Shown in pieces: positions 56,483 to 64,000 of a stretch of 64,000 bases of DNA. Source of the stretch: a virus. Location: positions 37,656 to 101,655 of the IMG/VR virus record IMGVR_UViG_3300007276_000035. One strand, 5' to 3'. Each line of letters begins with the position of its first letter. The first letter of the stretch is position 1. The notes beneath the pieces are model-generated. The model was not told the DNA's origin, searched no databases, and saw nothing but the letters and a program-made list of their open reading frames with translations. The position numbers were made by a program, and so were the translations under genes.

Positions 56483-57247
56483 ATGGGCCTTAAAATAAAC
56501 GACTTAAAAGATACAATTATTAGTAGACTAAGCATCGACGAGTTCGAGCCAAAGACTGGCAAAATTGAAGACATTGTGGTTCTGGGAATTCGTGTTACTG
56601 ATAGTCCGGCAGGCAAAGACTTATACGATTACCTAGGATCTAGCTACATAGAATCGCGTGATATAGAAGTATCACCAAACCCAAATGACGAAAACTACTT
56701 CTTTGTATTTGTTGAACTTAATCGAGATTCGGAAGTATTAGAAAATATCCGTAGACTTATATTAGATGTTGAGAACGTTAGCGGCAAGTTATCATGGACT
56801 GCTACTACACACCTCACCGACGAATACTTTCCGTTACATAGCGACGAACTAGCACAATTTGTTATTACCGAACCAAGCGAGTATGTAACCAAAGACGAAA
56901 AACAACAACAAGAAGCAGAGGCAATACACATGGAACAACAAGAACGAAACAAAAATATTAGAGATTTCTTTGTTGAAAGCGCACTAAGTAATGTGCAACT
57001 CGAAGGAGACACATTAGAACTTACTCGTGGCAAAATACGTGTTGAGCTTGAAGTGGTTAACTTTGGATCATCAAAAGAAACAATGAAAAAGTCAGGCATT
57101 AACGAAAGCGCATTAAAGCCGTTAGACAGCGTGTTCCGTGCATTTAACAGTATGCTAGGTGAAATGAAAGCAGTGCCTATTGATGATTACGTAGTAATTT
57201 ATCATCCAAACCATGACGAAACAGTGTTAGTAGCTAAAAGATGCTAA
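56483..57247 (+). CDS. Conserved jumbo-phage late protein
   Basis: GL...DL, SIDEFEPKTG, Y.VFVE..R; GATAAATA at 56439. Confidence 0.7.
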   Translation: MGLKINDLKDTIISRLSIDEFEPKTGKIEDIVVLGIRVTDSPAGKDLYDYLGSSYIESRDIEVSPNPNDENYFFVFVELNRDSEVLENIRRLILDVENVSGKLSWTATTHLTDEYFPLHSDELAQFVITEPSEYVTKDEKQQQEAEAIHMEQQERNKNIRDFFVESALSNVQLEGDTLELTRGKIRVELEVVNFGSSKETMKKSGINESALKPLDSVFRAFNSMLGEMKAVPIDDYVVIYHPNHDETVLVAKRC

Positions 57248-57711
57248 ACTTAATTCGTTCAATACCGTACTTAGCTATAGTTGGTGCTATAGGTTTTGCT
57301 TCGCATTGGTTTATAGTAGACCGATTAAAAAGTGAGATAGAAGACTTACAGCTAGGTCTTCAATCGTGTATAACCGAAAAGGTGTCAAATGAAGTTGCAA
57401 AGAAAGAACAAGAAGCAACAATTAAAGAGCTAAATCGACGCAGCGAAATAATGAAAATCAACATAAACGAATTAGCTGTTAGGAACCAAGGCTTAGCTAG
57501 AGAAAGAGACGAATATGTTAGCATATTTAGAAAGCATGATCTATCTAAGTTAGCTAAGCGCAAACCTGGATTAATAGAACCACGCATTAACAAAGGTACA
57601 GAAGAAGTTTTTAAACAGGTTGAAAAAGACAGCAGAGAGACACGAGATGTTATTGAAGACGACGGCTTTATTCCTTACCTTTACGACGATCTTTATTACG
57701 AGCGGATGTAG
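57241..57711 (+). CDS. i-spanin (Rz-like)
   Basis: N-terminal TM, coiled coil, HDL..LA..KPGLIE.RIN.GT; overlaps a lipoprotein gene. Confidence 0.8.
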   Translation: MLNLIRSIPYLAIVGAIGFASHWFIVDRLKSEIEDLQLGLQSCITEKVSNEVAKKEQEATIKELNRRSEIMKININELAVRNQGLARERDEYVSIFRKHDLSKLAKRKPGLIEPRINKGTEEVFKQVEKDSRETRDVIEDDGFIPYLYDDLYYERM

Positions 57712-58096
57712 TTTATTTGGTTCTAAAGAACCAACAGAGATAACTGTAATTACAAAACCGGTTCCTTTAGAGATATATCAACCGCCCCTACCACAAGAAA
57801 TTAAACTTGAAGGTATACAGTGGTTTGTAATCACTGACAGCAACTTAGAAGAAAAATTAAAAGAAATCAGAACATTCCAGGGTGGCGATCTAGTTGTATT
57901 TGCTATGACTCCTCAAGCGTATGAGAACATGTCGTATAATTTACAAGAAATGCGACGATACATTAATCAACAAAAACAAATCATTTTGTATTACAGGAAA
58001 ACTACAGCCGATGGACAAGACCTTAATGGTGACGGTATAATCGACCGTAGAGATTGGGAAATAGCAAAAAAACAACAGCAAGAAGAAGATACTTAA
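57647..58096 (+). CDS. o-spanin (Rz1-like lipoprotein)
   Basis: Lipobox TSGC, Pro-rich IYQPPLP, YE.MS.N.QE..RYI.QQ..II.YY. Confidence 0.8.
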   Translation: MLLKTTALFLTFTTIFITSGCSLFGSKEPTEITVITKPVPLEIYQPPLPQEIKLEGIQWFVITDSNLEEKLKEIRTFQGGDLVVFAMTPQAYENMSYNLQEMRRYINQQKQIILYYRKTTADGQDLNGDGIIDRRDWEIAKKQQQEEDT

Positions 58097-58226
58097 TATC
58101 AATGATCTACAGTCATATAATACGAGGTTGGGGTCCAAATTTCAATTTAAATTCTGAAATGCACAATCTTCTATTAGCTATTGGCACAATACGTCAGGTT
58201 GTTTCAGGAAACTTACTGCATACACA

Positions 58227-59243
58227 ATGACAACACAATTTCTTAGAGCACCTGACTTCATGCATTTTCTATACGACATAGAGTTCCTGCCGGACCTCGA
58301 ACATATCATTGTGACTAGTTTTGCTGAGCGTGTTAATCACGAGGAACTTGAGCAAGCAGACAAATTTAGAGAACTTTCGGCGTTGTCCGGGATTCCATTG
58401 CACAACATTAAGTTAATACTCGATGATTCGGCTGGGGTTCGTGACCTAGATATTCCCGTAGAGTATATGTATTTTCCAGCCCATGCTGTCGTTGCCGCAT
58501 ACAATCAAAACAAATACAATATACCTTTTACTGCATTTAACAAAAAATCGCCAGAGGCATTAGCTTTGCTAGGCAAGACTACCAGACCACGTATCGAATT
58601 TTTAATAAATGTTTTCCAGAATCACTATGGCTTTTATCAGAAGTTGCGCTATTCGTTTATGCTTAGAGACCAGGCTTTGTTCAGAGACGTATGCAATACA
58701 CTAAACCTATCTAATGACGTATCGGACCTTTTGCTATCATGCTTACCGCGCTACATAGACCTAAAACAAGACACGATATACCAAAAAGAAAACCCACCTG
58801 AGGTGACCTCACATTATATAGGGTACCCATTTGATCCTAGGTTGTACAATAACACGTTTATGAGTGTTGTTATGGAAACAATCTCTAATATGGATTTAGT
58901 ATCCGAAAAAACATGGCGCCCAATTCAAAACGGGCATCCGTTCGTTGTTTATGCCGGACCAAATTGGCAATCTTATATGGAGAATAACGGCATAGATACG
59001 TTTTCAGACATAGTAACACACATTACCGATGAACCAGATACTAGCAAGTATGCAGTAGCCTGCGAAGAAGCGTTTGATGCATTCAAAGCAACATCAGGAT
59101 TGGATAAACGTGTTCTTGATAACGCTCGTGTTGCCAAAGAGCTAGTTAATAAGTATAGAAAAGAGCTAGAAGCGTTTACAAATATCCCGCTTGATCAGGT
59201 GCTACACAACGTAGTTTATAGGAACTTGGGCGATAACCATTAA
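58227..59243 (+). CDS. Glycosyltransferase-like protein, paralog 3
   Basis: TFMSVVMET, VSEKTWRPI.NGHPFVV. Confidence 0.55.
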   Translation: MTTQFLRAPDFMHFLYDIEFLPDLEHIIVTSFAERVNHEELEQADKFRELSALSGIPLHNIKLILDDSAGVRDLDIPVEYMYFPAHAVVAAYNQNKYNIPFTAFNKKSPEALALLGKTTRPRIEFLINVFQNHYGFYQKLRYSFMLRDQALFRDVCNTLNLSNDVSDLLLSCLPRYIDLKQDTIYQKENPPEVTSHYIGYPFDPRLYNNTFMSVVMETISNMDLVSEKTWRPIQNGHPFVVYAGPNWQSYMENNGIDTFSDIVTHITDEPDTSKYAVACEEAFDAFKATSGLDKRVLDNARVAKELVNKYRKELEAFTNIPLDQVLHNVVYRNLGDNH

Positions 59244-59249
59244 AAGTAC

Positions 59250-59279
59250 TTGACACATACTCGGATAGTATGCTATAAT
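59250..59279 (+). promoter_or_regulatory. sigma70-type promoter (leaderless dnaJ)
   Basis: TTGACA-N18-TATAAT with TG extension; ATG 7 nt downstream. Confidence 0.65.
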
Positions 59280-59286
59280 TGTTCAT

Positions 59287-60069
59287 ATGAATCATTATCA
59301 AACCCTAGGATTATCCCCGGATGCGTCACCCAGTGATGTAAAAAAAGCATATCGAAAATTAGCAAGCAAGCACCATCCCGACAAGGGCGGTGACGCAGAG
59401 CAATTTAAGCGTATCAGCGAAGCGTACGAACAAATAACAAACCCTTCACCTGACCCACACGCTTATAGAGAGCAAACTTCCTACACTAGGGACCAGTTTG
59501 AAGAAATGTTCGGACAGGGCGATCCACTCAACGGGTTTTTCCGACAGGGACCAAGGCGAAATCCTGATGTAGTTACTAACATCAACATTTCGTTGCTGCA
59601 ATCATATACTGGCGATGACTTCTTGTTGGACTTAGGGTTCGCTAAAGAAATGTTACAGCTACAGCCAGGCATAAGAGACCAAACCAAACTGCGCGTTCCG
59701 AATAAAGGACATCAGCGGTTCAGTCAACTGCCACCCGGAGACTTAATTGTGCGAGTGAGTGTGGTATGTCCAGCGGGGATAGCGCGTGACAATGACGACT
59801 TGTATCAGAGGGTTAAAATTAATTCGATTGATGCTATATTAGGATGTAACATAGAACTTAATCATATCTCAGGAAAAAAATTAAACATCAAAGTCCCTAA
59901 GCATACACAGCCTGGGTCCAAGTTAAGGTTAACTGGCTGGGGAATGCCTAATCCAGTTAATCAGAAGAAAGGAAACTTTTATGCAATAGTTGAAATTGTT
60001 ACTCCAGCAATAACCAATGAAAAGCACATCGAAATGTTAAATATAATTAAACAAGAGGCAATACAATGA
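59287..60069 (+). CDS. DnaJ-class co-chaperone without zinc finger (CbpA-like)
   Basis: J domain with HPD; C-terminal GDL.V and G.GMP. Confidence 0.92.
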   Translation: MNHYQTLGLSPDASPSDVKKAYRKLASKHHPDKGGDAEQFKRISEAYEQITNPSPDPHAYREQTSYTRDQFEEMFGQGDPLNGFFRQGPRRNPDVVTNINISLLQSYTGDDFLLDLGFAKEMLQLQPGIRDQTKLRVPNKGHQRFSQLPPGDLIVRVSVVCPAGIARDNDDLYQRVKINSIDAILGCNIELNHISGKKLNIKVPKHTQPGSKLRLTGWGMPNPVNQKKGNFYAIVEIVTPAITNEKHIEMLNIIKQEAIQ

Positions 60070-62264
60070 GTAAAATTACTACCGTTGAAGAAATCTTTAC
60101 TTCTGCTATAGTATACGCAGCAGAGTTGGAACATGAATATGTTACTATCGAGCATGTTATGTCGATGCTACTGTCACATCCTGACGTCGAAGAATTGTGT
60201 GCGAACAATGATATTGATATTGATCAAATCAAATCAGACCTTAATAGTTACTTAGCTGATAACGAATTACACGGACTCGCTTGTCCAAACGGAAGCAAAG
60301 GTGTTCCTAAAAGGACAGGTGGGGTAGAGCGCGTTGTCCAGCGCGGAATTGCCCAATTGCATTTTGCTGAGCGCAAGCAAATTCTACCGCTTGATTTAAT
60401 GACAAGCATACTATGTGAAGAAGAATGCTTTGCTAAATATTTCTGTGAAGTTAATGGCCTTACTAAGGAATTGATTACTACTGAAGTTGAAGACCATGCA
60501 ACATCAGAAGAAGCTAAGCAACTGCTTGCTGAGTACACCGTTAACTTAAACGAGCAAGCAGAAAAAAGCCTCATTGATCCTCTTATTGGGCGACTAGAAG
60601 AAGTCGAAGATGTTGTTCATGTACTAGCAAGGCGTAAGAAGAATAACTGTGTCCTAGTAGGTGAGCCTGGAACAGGTAAGACTGCTATTGCTGAAGGACT
60701 TGCTAAGAAGATTGTAGATGACGATGTACCCAAGACACTAAAAGGCAAAGTTGTCTATAGTATGGACTTGGGTACTATGCTAGCAGGAACACGATATAGA
60801 GGCGACTTTGAAGAACGTCTTAAAGGTGTACTTAAAGCACTAGAAGAAGATCCTAATGCAATTTTGTTTATTGATGAGATACACATGATCATGGGTGCAG
60901 GAGCTAGTGGTTCAGGTAACATTGATGCTGCTAACTTGCTCAAGCCGGTATTGGGAAGAGGACGTATGCTTACAATTGGTGCTACCACGCCAGACGAGTT
61001 TGCGGATACATTTGACAAAGATCGTGCATTGATGCGTCGATTCGCTCGCATTGATATTGAAGAAACTGATGTAGAAAGTACTAAGCAAATTGTTCATGGC
61101 TTGAAGCATCACTACGAACAGTTCCACGGTGTAACCTACGATACAAAACTGCTAGAGCGCAGTGTAGAACTTACTGATCGTTATATTAAGACTAAGCACT
61201 TCCCAGACAAAGCTCTTGATGTAGTTGATGCAGCAGGTGCTGCCGTTAAACTAAAAGATCAAGAAAAAGTCACAATGCAAGATATTGTTCGTGTTATTAG
61301 TAAGATTAGTAAAATTGGTGAGGACATAATTGATATAGATAGTACTAGTGGATTTGAAACACTAAGCGATCGTATTAAGACTAAAGTTTACGGGCAAGAC
61401 GAAGCTATCGACACAATGGTTGAAGCTATACTGGTTGCTAAAGCAGGGCTACGTGAACCGCACAAGCCTATCGGTAGCTTCCTACTTGTTGGACCAACCG
61501 GTACTGGCAAAACAGAATCAGCTCGCGCGTTAGCTGGAGAACTACAGTGTCCGCTAGTTAAGTTTGATATGAGTGAATACCAAGAACGCCATAGTGTAAG
61601 TAAGTTAATTGGTGCTCCTCCAGGCTATGTCGGTCACGCAGAAGGTAAGATGGGGCAAGGGCAATTGCTTGCTGCCGTAGAAGAATCGCCTAATTGCGTG
61701 TTGCTTCTTGATGAAGTTGAAAAGGCTGCGCCTGAAGTTCTGCAAGTGTTGTTGCAAATTATGGACGACGGTGTGCTAACTGGTAGTGCAGGCAAAAAAG
61801 TAGACTTCTCTAATGTTGTTATGCTCATGACATCTAACTTAGGTGCAGCGGCAGCGGAAAAGAAGCGCATAGGGTTTGGTGATTTAGATAATTCAAGTCA
61901 AGTAGGAAAAGCTATCGAAAAGTTCTTTACTCCGGAGTTCCGCAACAGAATGGATGCAGTAGTTGGTTTCAACAAGCTGGCTCCAGAACAAATGCTACAG
62001 ATTGTTTCACGTCTTGTACTAGAAACAAATATGTTACTGAGCACCAACGACAGCACAGTGCGTATTAAGATTAGCGCCAAAGCAAAACGACAACTAGCAA
62101 AAGATGGGTATGATCCGAGCATGGGTGCAAGACCGTTGAAACGTGTGTTTGAATCAGAAGTTAAGAAGCCATTGAGTCGTAAAGTATTGTTTGACTCGCT
62201 TGAGAACTGTGTCGTTACCGTAGATTATAAGAAAGATGGCGGTTACTACTTTGTTGTTAAGTGA
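60066..62264 (+). CDS. clpA: ClpA ATPase
   Basis: HEYVT.EH N-domain, two AAA+ modules ([16 protein letters not shown]), no M-domain, IGF loop. Confidence 0.95.
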   Translation: MSKITTVEEIFTSAIVYAAELEHEYVTIEHVMSMLLSHPDVEELCANNDIDIDQIKSDLNSYLADNELHGLACPNGSKGVPKRTGGVERVVQRGIAQLHFAERKQILPLDLMTSILCEEECFAKYFCEVNGLTKELITTEVEDHATSEEAKQLLAEYTVNLNEQAEKSLIDPLIGRLEEVEDVVHVLARRKKNNCVLVGEPGTGKTAIAEGLAKKIVDDDVPKTLKGKVVYSMDLGTMLAGTRYRGDFEERLKGVLKALEEDPNAILFIDEIHMIMGAGASGSGNIDAANLLKPVLGRGRMLTIGATTPDEFADTFDKDRALMRRFARIDIEETDVESTKQIVHGLKHHYEQFHGVTYDTKLLERSVELTDRYIKTKHFPDKALDVVDAAGAAVKLKDQEKVTMQDIVRVISKISKIGEDIIDIDSTSGFETLSDRIKTKVYGQDEAIDTMVEAILVAKAGLREPHKPIGSFLLVGPTGTGKTESARALAGELQCPLVKFDMSEYQERHSVSKLIGAPPGYVGHAEGKMGQGQLLAAVEESPNCVLLLDEVEKAAPEVLQVLLQIMDDGVLTGSAGKKVDFSNVVMLMTSNLGAAAAEKKRIGFGDLDNSSQVGKAIEKFFTPEFRNRMDAVVGFNKLAPEQMLQIVSRLVLETNMLLSTNDSTVRIKISAKAKRQLAKDGYDPSMGARPLKRVFESEVKKPLSRKVLFDSLENCVVTVDYKKDGGYYFVVK

Positions 62265-62946
62265 TGAAAAACTACTAGGGGATAACTATAAAGGGCACAC
62301 AGTTACCCCTATTGCCAGTACGTTCTACAAAAAATACATTTATCGTGTAACTTTTGGTGATACTTCATTCCGTAAAAAACTTCGGTCCTGGGCTGAAGAC
62401 AATATTGCTAATGATTACAAAATAAGAGTTAATCGAATCATTAGCAAAAAAGGCCCGGTGCGTTATCAGCCTATTAGACTGTATTTGATGTCGATTGATG
62501 ACTTGAACCTAGTTCTTGATACTTTTAATGACGGGGAAATTGCAGAGCTTAGTGGTGTTACTAATAGCGATCTACGTGATCAGCTAGCTGATGATAAGAT
62601 TCATTTAGAATCTAAGCCTCATAAGTATTTCCAGAAGTTTGAATATAAAGTAGTTTGCGCTGGACCAAAAATACAGCGTACCCCAATGGGATTTCCCCGG
62701 GGCCCACACAATCATTGGCGTGTGTATAGCATAAGGCGAGCACGGCTAACTCCTCTGCAATGCGCAAAAATACTAGAATTTATCTCGTGCCAAGCAAGCA
62801 CAGAAGACTATGTTTACAGAAAAAGTTTTGATACCCTAACCATCTTTGGAACTAACGCAGTCGCAAAAGAAATAATGCCGTTGATACGGTTAACTCAGCC
62901 TGACGTGCATCTTAAAGTTTACAAGTGTGTTACTCCAATTATCTGA
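62236..62946 (+). CDS. Hypothetical protein
   Basis: Long ORF; start uncertain. Confidence 0.6.
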   Translation: MAVTTLLLSDEKLLGDNYKGHTVTPIASTFYKKYIYRVTFGDTSFRKKLRSWAEDNIANDYKIRVNRIISKKGPVRYQPIRLYLMSIDDLNLVLDTFNDGEIAELSGVTNSDLRDQLADDKIHLESKPHKYFQKFEYKVVCAGPKIQRTPMGFPRGPHNHWRVYSIRRARLTPLQCAKILEFISCQASTEDYVYRKSFDTLTIFGTNAVAKEIMPLIRLTQPDVHLKVYKCVTPII

Positions 62947-62979
62947 TAAATACTATTGCAATACAGAGGAGATATACAC

Positions 62980-63144
62980 ATGGCTAAAGTACACGCCGAA
63001 TCAATTACTATTGAAATAAGTCGCTTGGTTAAAGACAGTGAGTCGGTTACTCCAGTAGTAACGGCTGAAATTGCTGCTACAATAGAACAAGTAGCACAAG
63101 AACTAATTACTGGCGCTATCGTAGAAATAAAGGAAATTAAGTAA
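62980..63144 (+). CDS. Small late protein
   Basis: GATAAATA at 62945; GAGGAG RBS. Confidence 0.7.
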   Translation: MAKVHAESITIEISRLVKDSESVTPVVTAEIAATIEQVAQELITGAIVEIKEIK

Positions 63145-63146
63145 CA

Positions 63147-63560
63147 ATGCCAATTTGTAGACGCAGCGTAACAATTTTAACTACTACTGGTACTACTATG
63201 AATCAGTATAGTGACGAAATTAAAGGCGACAGCTATTATGGTTACACCGATGGATTACATACTGTTCAAGTAATTTATGATCAATATGTAGGTCGCATAC
63301 GTTTACAAGCAACACTTGATTTAGAACCTACTAGTGATAGTTGGTTTGATATTATTCCTGACATAACTACTGGTAAAGAATGGAACCCTTTGGGTTACTT
63401 GCAATGGAACCTCAATGAGCCTGCATTAATCAGCGAGGCCTATACCTTCCGTGGAAACTACACATACATGCGTGTGTACATGGACCGCGAACATATTGGC
63501 GATGGCACAACGTATAGCTCAGAATACGGCCAGCTAAGACAAATAATCCTTTCTAGTTAA
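63147..63560 (+). CDS. Putative virion structural protein
   Basis: GD.YYG..DGLHTV, G.I..QATL...P...WF, F.GN..Y.R. Confidence 0.6.
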   Translation: MPICRRSVTILTTTGTTMNQYSDEIKGDSYYGYTDGLHTVQVIYDQYVGRIRLQATLDLEPTSDSWFDIIPDITTGKEWNPLGYLQWNLNEPALISEAYTFRGNYTYMRVYMDREHIGDGTTYSSEYGQLRQIILSS

Positions 63561-63645
63561 TTTTTAATATACTTTCCGAACTATCCGTCTGACCTGTTTA
63601 CCAAAAAGTGATAAATACTTGTTATTAACGCTCGTAGGATAAAAC

Positions 63646-64000
63646 ATGGCCAATACTTACATAGAATTAAACGATACTACTAACAGCTATATAGGACAGG
63701 AAGGCAAGTACCTTCGCGTAAATCCTGATGCTAATGCGGTTATATTTTCCGATATTTGTTTAGAGTTTCTAGACAATGTACGGTCTGCACCTGGTCCTGT
63801 CAACGGTGACGTGCTAGCTTATAGCTCAACAACTAGCGAATGGCGCCCTATATCAAATGACCCGTATACCACAGGAAACGGTATACAAATAGACAACGGA
63901 CAAATTAATGTTATTGCTGGATCAGGCGGCGGATTAACTTCAAACATTAACGGAATTTATATTACACCACTTTCAAACGTAAGTGGTGCGTACGGTGGCA
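63646..64000 (+). CDS. Tail fibre/structural protein (3' partial)
   Basis: GATAAATA at 63610; LND...SY.G..GK.LRVN, L.NV, GDVLAY....EW, GNGIQI. Confidence 0.65.
   Translation, partial: MANTYIELNDTTNSYIGQEGKYLRVNPDANAVIFSDICLEFLDNVRSAPGPVNGDVLAYSSTTSEWRPISNDPYTTGNGIQIDNGQINVIAGSGGGLTSNINGIYITPLSNVSGAYGG

Noticed and set aside
550-62122. Numerous short antisense and overlapping ORFs in the six-frame track
   Set aside because: They are shadows of well-supported genes, with no RBS or motifs.
1-64000. Genome-wide stop-codon reassignment
   Set aside because: Coding density is high in code 11, and TAA, TAG and TGA all end well-conserved genes; only one in-frame TGA was seen.
1-64000. Bacterial chromosome origin, given the many housekeeping genes
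   Set aside because: The genes are scattered out of bacterial operon context among phage ORFs, with T4-type late promoters, spanins and an RFC-like clamp loader.
1-64000. tRNA or rRNA genes
   Set aside because: No cloverleaf with T-loop and CCA was seen in the intergenic gaps by eye; tRNAscan-SE would be needed to exclude them fully.

Overview
64 kb of a large, gene-dense, AT-rich dsDNA bacteriophage genome (T4-related jumbo myovirus type, standard genetic code), probably infecting a proteobacterium. Evidence: T4-type late promoters (TAAATA), sigma70 early promoters, a clamp loader, a DnaE fragment, spanins, PhoH and putative internal head proteins. The window is mostly accessory, host-derived genes: proteostasis (ClpX, ClpP, ClpA, ClpS, Hsp20, DnaJ, GroES-like, peptide deformylase, bS21), Fe-S/redox (SufS, SufE, IscU, IscA/ErpA, Bfd, Fpr, peroxiredoxin, nitroreductase) and nucleotide/NAD metabolism (GuaC, NadE, dCMP deaminase, MazG, HD). 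It also carries expanded SGNH, glycosyltransferase-like and 2OG-Fe(II) families, a GH6 glucanase and a LapG-like protease locus. Most notable: (i) a late-expressed KxDG ligase-like plus HxGH nucleotidyltransferase pair inside a cluster of putative capsid-packaged proteins; (ii) three repeated IHF-site arrays fused to 16-bp-spacer promoters; (iii) systematic leaderless late genes; (iv) two candidate structured ncRNAs and a ROSE-like thermometer. All calls come from motif recognition by eye; no database searches were run.
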